The notes under the pieces were generated by a model. It was given only the letters and a program-made list of their open reading frames with translations. It made no database searches and had not been told where the DNA came from. A stretch of 64,000 bases of DNA from positions 293,935-357,934 of the forward strand of contig DDGL01000016.1 of assembly GCA_002337605.1 (NCBI GenBank). Reading direction: 5' to 3'. Numbering within the stretch: the stretch's first letter is position 1; each line of letters begins with the position of its first letter. The position numbers and the translations under genes were made by a program. The DNA is from Flavobacteriaceae bacterium UBA1903. GTDB lineage: Bacteria; Bacteroidota; Bacteroidia; Flavobacteriales; Flavobacteriaceae. Of the stretch, positions 16,693 through 26,095 are shown piece by piece.

Positions 16693-19054
16693 TGGTATTG
16701 TATATTTCGTTTTCTAATTCCTTAATAGCTAGTTCAAAATCCTTTTGTTTTCCAAAAGCTCTTACTAGTTCAACGGGAGACCCCATTTCGTTTAAAGGTT
16801 TTACTTTAAGAACAGAACCTTGCTCAATTGACACAATCCCTTCTTGTTCGTATTTGTCCAACAAGCTATTTAATACCTTTTGTGCTGTTTCATTGTATTT
16901 GCCAAAGTAGTTTCGTTTGCGCACATTGTTTGCACGTTCTTTTCTCGTTAGTGCTGGTTGGTCAAAAGCGATGTGGCATATTAAATCAAAGTCATCTAAA
17001 TCTAAGCCCACATCTTCGCGTAGGGCTTCGAGTAATACACCGTGATCTGCCAATTCTTTTATGAGTTCTTCTTTTTTTTCAGATTCACTCCATTTTTGGA
17101 TAAAATCATCAAGTGAGGTAAACTCCTTTTCTATATTTTTCTTTGAGTAATCTTTTAAGGATTCTGTAATCAATTTGCCATTCTTACCGTAGTATTGCAC
17201 ACGCTCATTTGCAATAGTTACTGGGATGTTATTTACATAAAACTTTTTTACTTCATCGGTTTCTGGATCTATAGTAATATTTGGCGGTGAATATGGAGGT
17301 GGATCATTGGGTTGAGGTTGTCCAACAATTCCGCTAGGTGGAACAGGATCTGGAGGAACGACAGGTTCACCTGGTCCTGGTTCGTATATTTGTACGGGAT
17401 CACCATCAAAATCGGGTCGTGCAAAAATATTGGTTGCCTTTCTAAAATCCATGATGGTGAAATATACTTTTCCTTCGGCTTCTCTAATGCGGGTTCCTCT
17501 ACCAATAATTTGCTTAAATTCTGTAACGGAGTTTATATTAGATTCCAAAACAATAAACTTTACCATTTTGGTATCAATTCCGGTAGTCAACATTTTTGAG
17601 GTCGTTGCTATAACAGGAAAGGGTTCTTCCACATCAGTAAAATTGTCAAGTTCTTGTTTTCCAACCTCGTCATCTCCTGTAATTTTTACGCAGTAATTCC
17701 AATGTTTGGCCACCAAGTCGGCATTCTCATTAATCAATGCCTGGCGCATTCTATTTGCATGATCGATATCGGTACAGAACACGATAGTTTTTGCAAAACG
17801 GTCAGTTGCTTTCAGGTATTCAGTTATTTTCTTTGCTACAACTTCTGTTCGTTCATCAATGGCTAATGTTCTATCGTAATCTTTTAAATTGTAAATACGA
17901 TCTTTTATTTCATTTCCATACTTATCAAGTAGACCAGAAGTTGGCCTCCATCCATCATCTACACTGGTAGTGATTCTTACCACCTTATAAGGTGCTAAAA
18001 ATCCGTCATCAATGCCTTGTTTTAAAGAATAGGTATAAACAGGCTCGCCATAATAATCCATATTGGAAACATCTTTTGTTTCCTTGGGAGTCGCCGTCAT
18101 ACCAATATGGGTTGCAGATGAAAAGTAGTCTAGTACTTCTCTCCATGCCGAAGCTTCTGAGGCACTTCCCCTATGACACTCATCAATAACTACTAAATCA
18201 AAAAAGTCTCTGCTAAATTCTTTGTAGGCATTTTTTTCTTCATCATTGCTGGTTAATCCTTGATATAAGGCAAAGTAAATTTGATAAGATTTATCAATTT
18301 TTCTATTTTTAATGATGTGCATAATATCATTTCCAAAAGGGGAAAAGTCTCCGTTTTTGGTTTGTGTCAATAATGCATTTCTATCTGCCAGGAATAAGAT
18401 GCGTTTTTTCACTCCGGTTTTCCACAATCTCCAAATTATATTAAAGGCGGTATAGGTTTTCCCAGTTCCTGTTGCCATTACCAACAGAATTCTGTTTTGC
18501 TCCTTTGCAATAGCCTCTAATGTTCTATTAACTGCATTCTGCTGGTAATATCTTGGATTCATTCCGCTATCGTCAACTAAGTATTCCTTCTCAACAATCT
18601 CTTTGGCTTTAGGGGCATCAAGATTCTTATATGCTAAGTATTTTATCCATAATGTATCAGGAGTAGGAAAATCATCTAATGAAATTTCTTGTTCAACCGC
18701 TCCGATTTTGTTTGTTTTGTCATGAAATACAAATGAATCTCCATTGGAAGTAAAAACAAAAGGTATTTGAAGAATTTCTGAGTATTCTAATGCTTGTTGC
18801 ATTCCAGAACCAACAGGTTTTTTATTATCCTTTGCTTCAATTATTGCAATTGGTAGATTTGGTTTGTAGTATAATATATAATCGGCTCTTTTACTTTTTC
18901 CTCGTGTATATAATTTACCTTGAACAATAATGCGTCCATCGGTAAAGGAGACTTCTTCACGTACTTGTTTTTTCATATGCCATCCAGCCTTTTCAATTGC
19001 TGGGTTTATGAATTTTGAGCAAATATCTCTTTCGCTTAGGTGTTTTTTGTTCAT
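16685..19054 (-). CDS. hsdR: Type I R-M restriction subunit (EcoEI/EcoAI-like)
   Basis: 'ADYIL...IEAK', 'MATGTGKT', 'DECHRG', 'MTATP', 'FKQIIGRGTR', EcoEI-type C-terminus; start taken at MNKKHLSERDI (19054). Confidence 0.95.
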   Translation of the reverse strand: MNKKHLSERDICSKFINPAIEKAGWHMKKQVREEVSFTDGRIIVQGKLYTRGKSKRADYILYYKPNLPIAIIEAKDNKKPVGSGMQQALEYSEILQIPFVFTSNGDSFVFHDKTNKIGAVEQEISLDDFPTPDTLWIKYLAYKNLDAPKAKEIVEKEYLVDDSGMNPRYYQQNAVNRTLEAIAKEQNRILLVMATGTGKTYTAFNIIWRLWKTGVKKRILFLADRNALLTQTKNGDFSPFGNDIMHIIKNRKIDKSYQIYFALYQGLTSNDEEKNAYKEFSRDFFDLVVIDECHRGSASEASAWREVLDYFSSATHIGMTATPKETKDVSNMDYYGEPVYTYSLKQGIDDGFLAPYKVVRITTSVDDGWRPTSGLLDKYGNEIKDRIYNLKDYDRTLAIDERTEVVAKKITEYLKATDRFAKTIVFCTDIDHANRMRQALINENADLVAKHWNYCVKITGDDEVGKQELDNFTDVEEPFPVIATTSKMLTTGIDTKMVKFIVLESNINSVTEFKQIIGRGTRIREAEGKVYFTIMDFRKATNIFARPDFDGDPVQIYEPGPGEPVVPPDPVPPSGIVGQPQPNDPPPYSPPNITIDPETDEVKKFYVNNIPVTIANERVQYYGKNGKLITESLKDYSKKNIEKEFTSLDDFIQKWSESEKKEELIKELADHGVLLEALREDVGLDLDDFDLICHIAFDQPALTRKERANNVRKRNYFGKYNETAQKVLNSLLDKYEQEGIVSIEQGSVLKVKPLNEMGSPVELVRAFGKQKDFELAIKELENEIYNTSA

Positions 19055-19188
19055 TTTGGTTAGTATGTTGCTCGGTAAATATAATAAATCACATAGATGA
19101 ATGCTTACGTATAAACCCTTAATTAGATGGATAACCATACATCCAATTTGCAGGTCGTTTAACTAATACATGTGGATGTTTCGATTAC

Positions 19189-21132
19189 TCAATTAATAAT
19201 TTCAATATCTTCTACAGTTTTCAAAAACAATATTAATCTATCTACATACGCTTCCATTTCTTCCTCCTCTTTAATAAAGCCCCAAGCATTTGTTATTTTC
19301 ACGTTCATAGTTACTGCTATTGTATTATGCTTATCGTTTGTGAGTTCATAGTTATTCAGATAATAACTCTCAGGAAGTTCTTTGGACAGTTGTTCCATTT
19401 TTAGCAGCATGGCTTCATAACGCTCTTTTGCTCTTATGTCCTTTGCTGCAGGCTCTTCTAAATTTCGATGAAAATCTGAATGCTTTGCTTTTATGTAATA
19501 CCAGCATTCATAGCGTGCTTGTAAACGATATTCTTTTGCGCCTGTGTGAATAGAAATGTCTAAACGATACTTATGCTTGCCTTTTTCAATTAAAAAAGTT
19601 AAATTGGATTTAACGGCCTTTTGTTCATAGAGAATCTTGATGTTTTTTGTTGCTGCTTGCTTGATTAACTTGTCTTTAATTCTACTTCTTAATCCTTTTA
19701 AAAAACCTGATTTATGAATCTCTTTTACTTTGGGTTCTTCGGTAACAGTGTCATAGCTAGTTACAGACGCTATTTGTATGGCATTTGTCATTACATCTTG
19801 TACCGAAACATCTTGTGATTCATCAGAAGAATTGGTGGCATTCTTTTCAATCCGTGTTTTTAGGGTATTAAAGAGCCTGGAAATTTGCATCGCCCGATTA
19901 CTCAAAAAGTTCTCGCGTTGACATAACTGATATAGTATTTGCTCCCATTCATCATCGAAGTACTCATTTTGCGAAAGTTTATCTTTTAAAGCAGGATCTA
20001 ATGGTTTAAGTTTAAACGTTTCGATAACTTCATTATTCCAAGCTGTAAAATCGGGGTAACGCTCTAAGACTCTAAAGATAAGTGGATATGCTATTTGAAT
20101 GCTAAATACTCCAATGTTTATAAGTTGTTCGAAGGCTGTTGGTTTGCTCTCAGACTCTACTGCAAGCATAATACTTCGCACCAAGGACAAACTATTTAAT
20201 AGGCGCTTAATTGCTCTTGGATTAGAACCTACCGTTAGATTGCTTATCTCTACAATCAAATCGGAAACATCTGCAGTTAACTCACCCTCATTAAAATATT
20301 GTAGTTGTTTTAGATTATCTATCACTAAATCATTTACACGATATTGACCAATTGGCATGGTGAAAGGCAACTGAATGATTTTTTCAAAAAACGAACGAAA
20401 TTCGCGTTCGTTGTCGGATGTTTTTTTACCAAATTTTGGTTCTAATCCCTTGACAACAATCTCGTAATCAATAGCTAGAATAAATATGCAGTTTTCTAGG
20501 TCAAATATATTTTTAAGTAATTCTAGTATCTGAACAGCTACAGGAGGGTTTATTCTATCCAAATCGTCTATAAAAAATAGAAAACCCTTTGCATTCTCCT
20601 TCTTCCCAATGCTCAGGTTTATTTGATTCTGTAGTTCGGTATGTAACTCGCGCAAAGACGATTGTTTTTCTGAGGTTTCAAAAAAAGCATCTGTTGCGTC
20701 ACCGGCTATTCCAGCTGTTGCTGCATTGACGCCAATCTTTGCCGCACTTCGTGCCGCTGTCTTAAAAAAACCAACTGCTTTTTTCTTTAGTGCCTCAAGA
20801 TTCTGGTTTTTATCTTTTTCTAAGACAGCAATTACAGAAGATATAATACCTTGAATAATATTAGTCATGGTAGTATATTCGTCTGTGAGCAACGAATATT
20901 CCCAAGTATTTATCCAAATACCATAAAAACCATCTTGGTCCTTACACAAATCGTGCTTTATTGCATTCATTAGTGAGGTTTTGCCGCTTCCCCATTCACC
21001 TTGAATAGCAATTGTAAGTGGTGTTTGTGCCGTATTTATAAACCCGGTGAGTCCATTTTTATAGGCATCTATACCCAGCTGGTCTTTGTCATGCGCTTTT
21101 TTAGGAATGTCAATTATACTAGATGTGCTCAT
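19189..21132 (-). CDS. KAP-family P-loop NTPase (soluble) with unknown C-terminal domain
   Basis: 'IAIQGEWGSGKTS', 'FFIDDLDR', 'FILAIDY', 'FFEKIIQLPF', 'NPRAIKRLLN'. Confidence 0.88.
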   Translation of the reverse strand: MSTSSIIDIPKKAHDKDQLGIDAYKNGLTGFINTAQTPLTIAIQGEWGSGKTSLMNAIKHDLCKDQDGFYGIWINTWEYSLLTDEYTTMTNIIQGIISSVIAVLEKDKNQNLEALKKKAVGFFKTAARSAAKIGVNAATAGIAGDATDAFFETSEKQSSLRELHTELQNQINLSIGKKENAKGFLFFIDDLDRINPPVAVQILELLKNIFDLENCIFILAIDYEIVVKGLEPKFGKKTSDNEREFRSFFEKIIQLPFTMPIGQYRVNDLVIDNLKQLQYFNEGELTADVSDLIVEISNLTVGSNPRAIKRLLNSLSLVRSIMLAVESESKPTAFEQLINIGVFSIQIAYPLIFRVLERYPDFTAWNNEVIETFKLKPLDPALKDKLSQNEYFDDEWEQILYQLCQRENFLSNRAMQISRLFNTLKTRIEKNATNSSDESQDVSVQDVMTNAIQIASVTSYDTVTEEPKVKEIHKSGFLKGLRSRIKDKLIKQAATKNIKILYEQKAVKSNLTFLIEKGKHKYRLDISIHTGAKEYRLQARYECWYYIKAKHSDFHRNLEEPAAKDIRAKERYEAMLLKMEQLSKELPESYYLNNYELTNDKHNTIAVTMNVKITNAWGFIKEEEEMEAYVDRLILFLKTVEDIEIIN

Positions 21133-21432
21133 TTATTTTGAATAATTTCTACTGATTCGCTTAAATTTTAAGTCATAGGTTTCTGCATAGTTACCTACTT
21201 GCACTGAAAACGTTTCGCCCGAAGCACCTAAAAATTGATCTATTTTTAAGTACTTACGTGATACTTTTTTTAAATCTTCGTTGAGCACCTCTAAATAGCT
21301 GCCATCTTGTACGACAACTATTTCGCTCGAATTACCTAAAAAGACGTCGTTGCAATAGGCCCGTTTAATTTTACGTCCATTTTTATCGTAAGTTTCTAAA
21401 TAATTCCCGTCAACTTTTACTCTTGAAATCAT
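21133..21432 (-). CDS. Small hypothetical protein with three internal beta-rich repeats
   Basis: DGNYLETYDKNGRKIKR / DGSYLEVLNEDLKKVSR / VGNYAETYDLKFKRISR; stop abuts the KAP start; start taken at 21432. Confidence 0.65.
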   Translation of the reverse strand: MISRVKVDGNYLETYDKNGRKIKRAYCNDVFLGNSSEIVVVQDGSYLEVLNEDLKKVSRKYLKIDQFLGASGETFSVQVGNYAETYDLKFKRISRNYSK

Positions 21433-21638
21433 ATTTTTTTGGTTTGCGGTATTGGTTAGCACTGTTATTAGTCATTATACGTAGGTGTTTTTTTATTTTT
21501 TAAGGATAAACAATAACAAATATTCAGGTTTGCATTTCCAGAAATTTAAAATTTGATGACTTTCCAAAAATGCCCAAATCATCTTGCCAGCAAAGAATAG
21601 GGCTATTTTTTATATACATTGTTGTCTCTCGTTTTTTC

Positions 21639-23552
21639 TCACACAGTTTTTAATATGTATTCAATTTCGTTTTCAAGATATGGAACATTCACTTTGTAAT
21701 AATTGTCGTTTTCGGGATACATTACAATTAAATACATATTACCTATCTCAAAATTATAGTTTTTTTCGAGTATGTATTTATATAAACTTTGTTGTAAACA
21801 ATATCGATTATAGCTTGTGTCATCAATATGACTTAAACCACCTACACCTTGTTGCCATTGATTTTGTTCGGTTGGTTGACCGTCAAAAGTATTGACAACC
21901 TTTTTGCTTCTTTTCCAATCATAAATATCGTGTTTTGTTCCGTTTGTAACAATCAAGTCAATCGTACCTGCTATATTCAAAGTGTCATCAAAAATTCGCC
22001 ATTCAGAACGATAAGGTTTTAAATCAATATGGTCATTTAAAAAATCTCTGAATTGGTCAAATTCTTCTGTTTCAATATAATCAATACCTAAATAATAATT
22101 TTCGATTTGTTCGTGAAGCAATGTTCCTTTGTCTCTTGCAATTTTACCTTTATCACCCCACATTTTGGCAACTTCAATTGCTGTCATTCCCAAGTCAGGT
22201 GCTTTTCGTGCAGACCAATATTCCATATCAAATTCAGGAAAAAATCTATTGATTATTGTACTTGCTGAAGGTGCTGGAACTCCATCAATAGTGTATATGT
22301 GTTTTTCTGAATAAAATTTTATTCTATTATCTCTTTTATGTTTGTTCAAATTGTTAAATCCAACGATTTTCCCATTGTCTTCCTTTCCAAAAGAAGTTGC
22401 AATTACATATTTTTCTTCTTCAATCTCTTGTTCATCAAATCCTCTCTTTAGTGTTTCCTTTTGTTCTTCAAGTATTTTAAATTCGTGGTTTAAGTACTTT
22501 TCTCTGTACTTTTCTTTTTCCCATTTTTGGGCTTGAACTATATCCCAAACTTTTTCTTTCCTTAATGGGGCAATACTTTTAAGCTCGTTGGATATTTCAA
22601 TTGAAGAATTTAATTTTGATAGTAAGTTAGCTATGAATTTGAGACACTCTTTTTCTTGAGTGTGAACTTGATATTCTGAAAATCTTATCACAATCCAACC
22701 TCTGTCTTTAAAATAGTTATCTCTATTAATGTCATCTCCTACACAATGGGTTGGTTGTCTTGTGATTCCAGCGTAAGGTTCGTCTATTTCTATATCAATT
22801 CTAATATTTTCTATGCCTTTACCCAGCATAGCGATATCTGGTTCAAAAGGTCTTGTTTCTTTTCCGGTATTCAATCTTGTATTTCCTGAAATTTGAAAAT
22901 TATCGGAAAAGAAGTGCTCAATTGCTTTTTGAAAAGATGCCTCCTTAAAACCTCGTCTTTTAGTTGAACCGAACCTGTGAGAACGTACAACGCATTTTTG
23001 ATTTGGTATTTTTAGGATTGGAAAATCAGTCTCACTTTCTGAAATTTTCAAAACGTAATTGACATACTTAATATCAGAAATTGGTTTTTTTACTTCTTTA
23101 ACAGAATTCGGAAGTGTTTCTTTTTTCTTCTGTTTTTCAGTTTGAGCTATTTTCGGTGGTTCTAATTTCTTTTCAGATTTGGACTGTATTTTTTTTTCGG
23201 ATTTAAAAACTGCAATAGGTTCGGAAACCGTAATAGTTTCTTCTTCCTTTTTGATAGACGTGTATTCAGAAGCTTTGGGTTTATGGTTTTTGTGATTGGT
23301 GAACTTACTCACGGAAGATTGTTGTTTTGCAACTGGCTCGGTAATTTCTTCAATCGGTTCTCGATAAAACAGCGAATTAATAATATAATCTAAAAGCAAA
23401 CCCAATAACCAACCCCAAAACGCTCCATTCAAAGCACCTATTAATACTAAAATCCATTTGTCCTCAAAATCCAATAGTGATAAATGGACTATAATTCCGA
23501 TTATTGCAAAAATCCACCAACTTGATTTTGCGATTTTTGATTTTTTATTCAT
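21639..23552 (-). CDS. Membrane-anchored protein with DUF559/Vsr-like and C-terminal PD-(D/E)XK nuclease domains
   Basis: Two N-terminal TMs, Lys/Glu-rich linker, 'FEPDIA..IDIEIDEPY..RDNYFKDRGWIVIRFSE', then 'GTLLHEQIE..SEWRI..AGTIDL..IYDWK..LQQSLY'. Confidence 0.7.
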   Translation of the reverse strand: MNKKSKIAKSSWWIFAIIGIIVHLSLLDFEDKWILVLIGALNGAFWGWLLGLLLDYIINSLFYREPIEEITEPVAKQQSSVSKFTNHKNHKPKASEYTSIKKEEETITVSEPIAVFKSEKKIQSKSEKKLEPPKIAQTEKQKKKETLPNSVKEVKKPISDIKYVNYVLKISESETDFPILKIPNQKCVVRSHRFGSTKRRGFKEASFQKAIEHFFSDNFQISGNTRLNTGKETRPFEPDIAMLGKGIENIRIDIEIDEPYAGITRQPTHCVGDDINRDNYFKDRGWIVIRFSEYQVHTQEKECLKFIANLLSKLNSSIEISNELKSIAPLRKEKVWDIVQAQKWEKEKYREKYLNHEFKILEEQKETLKRGFDEQEIEEEKYVIATSFGKEDNGKIVGFNNLNKHKRDNRIKFYSEKHIYTIDGVPAPSASTIINRFFPEFDMEYWSARKAPDLGMTAIEVAKMWGDKGKIARDKGTLLHEQIENYYLGIDYIETEEFDQFRDFLNDHIDLKPYRSEWRIFDDTLNIAGTIDLIVTNGTKHDIYDWKRSKKVVNTFDGQPTEQNQWQQGVGGLSHIDDTSYNRYCLQQSLYKYILEKNYNFEIGNMYLIVMYPENDNYYKVNVPYLENEIEYILKTV

Positions 23553-23840
23553 ATGCTCAATGGTTGGTTTAAATGAGAGATAATTTGCAAAAAATTACTT
23601 CTTATACTCTTTTCGGTCTTATTGTTCCAGATAAAAGCACTTATAGTATATTACTATTTTTGGGTAAAATATCCATTTCTGTAAATATACCCTTTTACTA
23701 CTCTTCCCAAAATACCTAGAAACACGTAATTTACATTTCTAGTAACCGCCACCGTTTAACCGTGAATTTAAGGAGGATTTATTGCTTTACAGTTTACTGT
23801 TTTCTAAAACCAAAAAAGCGTAGTATATTTACTACAAATT

Positions 23841-23876
23841 AATACGCTTTCGAATACGATTTGGAATACGTTTTTG
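23841..23876 (+). repeat. Three 12-bp-periodic AATACG repeats (candidate integrase arm-type sites)
   Basis: AATACGCTTTCG AATACGATTTGG AATACGTTTTTG at 23841, 23853, 23865. Confidence 0.7.
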
Positions 23877-23943
23877 AATTTTTAGCGAGACGCACCCTTC
23901 GGAAGCCCCTGTAAATAGGGGTTGACAGAAATTACGAGCTTAA

Positions 23944-23960
23944 CTCATAACCCGAAGGTC
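23944..23960 (+). other. tRNA-Met (CAT) 3' fragment, candidate att core
   Basis: CTCATAACCCGAAGGTC equals the anticodon loop, 3' anticodon stem and variable loop of initiator tRNA-Met, followed by degenerate CAGGTT; no 5' half, so not a tRNA gene. Confidence 0.65.
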
Positions 23961-24206
23961 TTCAGGTTGATTTGAGTCAACTTTATTGACAAGCTAACCA
24001 CCATTATTACTTCTATATCTTGCGCATCGCGGCGCATAGAATCTAACGTAGTTTCTGCCACAGGTCTTATTTAAATAAAAATAGATGTTTCTTTTTATGC
24101 TACGTACCAAATCTTACATAGTGTATAAGGCATTCTAGTTGTAGAATGACATATGTCATAACTTTGAAGTATACATTGTGCTATGTTTGTTCAATATGTA
24201 ACAAAC

Positions 24207-24935
24207 ATGCTGTCGCGCTACCTTCCCGTATTTATCATCCTATCGTTACTGGCAGAAATTTTTGGGACCGTGGGCGGATTCGGATCATCAGTATTTTTTG
24301 TCCCCGTAGCAAACTTCTTCCTAGACTTCCAATCGGTGTTAGGAATTACCGCACTCTACCACGTATCTAGCAACCTTACCAAAATTGCCTTTTTTCGAAA
24401 AGGATTGGACAAAGATGTGATATTGAAATTAGGTGTTCCAGCGGTGCTGTTCGTGATTATTGGCGGATTTATTAGTAAATATATCGACCCTACCACCCTA
24501 ACCTATGTATTGGGAATTTTCTTGGTAGGATTGAGTCTTGCTTTCCTAATCTTCAAAAAATTGGTAATAAAACCAACGACCAAAAATGCTGTGACGGGAG
24601 GAGTTTTATCTGGATTAAGTGCTGGAATTTTAGGAACTGGCGGTGCTATTCGTGGTATCACACTGGCAGCCTTTAAAATGAAAAAGGATAAGTTTATTGC
24701 AACATCTGCCGTAATTGATTTGGGAGTCGATTTTAGCCGAACCATCGTGTATTATTTCAATGGCTATATTAAAAGTGAACTACTATACCTTATTCCTATT
24801 CTCATAGTAGTGGGAATCTTGGGTACTTGGATTGGGAAATTAATTTTAAACAAAATGTCCCAAGAACAGTTTCGATACATTGTTCTATTCCTGATCTTGG
24901 GAATTGGGTTAGCCAGTATTATCAGTAATTTATGA
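24207..24935 (+). CDS. Sulfite exporter TauE/SafE family
   Basis: 'GTVGGFGSS', 'GILGTGGAIRG', about 8 TM; start taken at MLSRY. Confidence 0.85.
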   Translation: MLSRYLPVFIILSLLAEIFGTVGGFGSSVFFVPVANFFLDFQSVLGITALYHVSSNLTKIAFFRKGLDKDVILKLGVPAVLFVIIGGFISKYIDPTTLTYVLGIFLVGLSLAFLIFKKLVIKPTTKNAVTGGVLSGLSAGILGTGGAIRGITLAAFKMKKDKFIATSAVIDLGVDFSRTIVYYFNGYIKSELLYLIPILIVVGILGTWIGKLILNKMSQEQFRYIVLFLILGIGLASIISNL

Positions 24936-25685
24936 GGCTAAGAGCTTGGGAAGAAACTCCAATGCTTTGGGATCTCTGTTTTTAAAATAGTAGTACGCAT
25001 ATTTTTTAATCCATACCTCGTCCAAGAACTTAATAAACGCAGGTAGTAAGTGGTTTTTATATTGTTTTACCTGTATTTCTTTGCCATTGGGCAATCTGTG
25101 CGAATAGAGTTTGTAATCCTCTTTACTCTTCGGAAAATTCTTTTCCAGATAATTATCAAAATGAATTCCCACGCTTACCTCAGGGCGCATTTGTTTTCCT
25201 GTTAGGGCTTTGTTGGGGATATGATACCCTAAGCGTTCAAAACGACCATACAGGCGAATGAACAATTCAGTTAAAACCGAAAAATGCCCAGGTGCAATAC
25301 GGTCATAATTATCATTGAACCGAATAACAAAATTGGGAATCTCCAACCGTTTTGTTGTATAATATCCTCTCACGCGAATAAGTGGTAGCACTTGATCCGT
25401 AACCCATTTTCTGAATTTGATGGCGCCTTCCGTATCACTTCGAAAAATAAGTGCATAGAGTCCACTTTCTGAAATTAGATTTACATTTTGTGTTTTTCCA
25501 TCTCTGAAAATTTCCGAAGACAATCGCTCATTTTCATCCAAACTATCCAACACCTCGATAGGGTCTTTCAGTTGTAAAATACTGGTTATATCATCCGCAA
25601 CAAACCAAATCTGGTTGTCAATCTCTACCGACCTCAATTGCTGAAAATAATTGAGCGGTTTATTTTGTGTGGCTACTGTTTTCAT
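24930..25685 (-). CDS. Bro-N domain protein (phage antirepressor-like)
   Basis: 'WFVADDI', 'ISESGLYALIFRS....AIKFRKWVT..VLP.IR..GYY'. Confidence 0.85.
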   Translation of the reverse strand: MKTVATQNKPLNYFQQLRSVEIDNQIWFVADDITSILQLKDPIEVLDSLDENERLSSEIFRDGKTQNVNLISESGLYALIFRSDTEGAIKFRKWVTDQVLPLIRVRGYYTTKRLEIPNFVIRFNDNYDRIAPGHFSVLTELFIRLYGRFERLGYHIPNKALTGKQMRPEVSVGIHFDNYLEKNFPKSKEDYKLYSHRLPNGKEIQVKQYKNHLLPAFIKFLDEVWIKKYAYYYFKNRDPKALEFLPKLLAS

Positions 25686-25690
25686 AAATT

Positions 25691-25960
25691 TTAGGTGTTA
25701 ATTTTTCCTATGGCACAGCTTACATACGAAGCTGCTTTTTTGAGTACTGTGTTTTTATACCCTACTACGGGATAACCAATTTTTGAAAGTTTGGCACGAA
25801 CGTTCTCATATACATCTTCATCTTTATACGTAAGCGCTATAGAATTTTCATCGGTATGCACAGCAATGTTCTGCACACCATTAATGCCCAACAATGCATT
25901 GAGGATTGTGTTTTCACAACCTCCACATTTTAAATTCTGAATTCGAAATGTCTTTTTCAT
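25691..25960 (-). CDS. Heavy-metal-associated (HMA) domain protein
   Basis: 'NLKCGGCENTI' CxxC; C-terminal 'SYVSCAIGK'; start taken at MKKTF. Confidence 0.85.
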   Translation of the reverse strand: MKKTFRIQNLKCGGCENTILNALLGINGVQNIAVHTDENSIALTYKDEDVYENVRAKLSKIGYPVVGYKNTVLKKAASYVSCAIGKINT

Positions 25961-25977
25961 TAGAGTATTATTTACCA

Positions 25978-26020
25978 TAAATATACACTGATAGACTTGC
26001 AGCATCTATGATAAATATCA
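25978..26020 (-). promoter_or_regulatory. Crp/Fnr-type box + -7 element for the HMA gene
   Basis: TGATAAATATCA 26009-26020; TATATTTA starts 35 bp from the box start on the minus strand. Confidence 0.75.
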
Positions 26021-26031
26021 GTTTACTTAGC

Positions 26032-26074
26032 TGACTTATATCATTTTATCTTTAAAAATCGAAATCTATTTTTA
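26032..26074 (+). promoter_or_regulatory. Crp/Fnr-type box + -7 element for mlaEFD
   Basis: TGACTTATATCA 26032-26043; TATTTTTA at 26067 (+35). Confidence 0.75.
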
Positions 26075-26095
26075 CTTCTAAGAAAATGATGAATA

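Larger units (their letters stand above)
3600..23960. mobile_element. Defence-rich genomic island (no integrase inside this window); left boundary uncertain
   Basis: Visibly AT-rich minus-strand cargo (R-M, nucleases, KAP NTPases); right edge has a tRNA-Met fragment and periodic repeats; left edge has CAACGG palindromes and 10-bp tandem repeats. Confidence 0.55.

Noticed and set aside
17270-17390. Pro-rich stretch in HsdR as an insertion or intein
   Set aside because: Low-complexity linker at the usual position before the EcoEI-type C-terminal domain; no intein motifs
21639-22400. Cas4 / CRISPR adaptation gene
   Set aside because: PD-(D/E)XK domain lacks the four Fe-S cysteines, and there is no cas1/cas2 or array
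3550-23949. 10-bp inverted match TTAACTCATA at both island edges (3550-3559 and 23940-23949) as terminal inverted repeats
   Set aside because: Short, AT-rich and plausible by chance; no transposase or target duplication seen; the right copy is better explained as part of the tRNA fragment
23944-23980. Functional tRNA-Met gene
   Set aside because: No acceptor stem, D-arm or intact T-arm; only a 17-bp fragment
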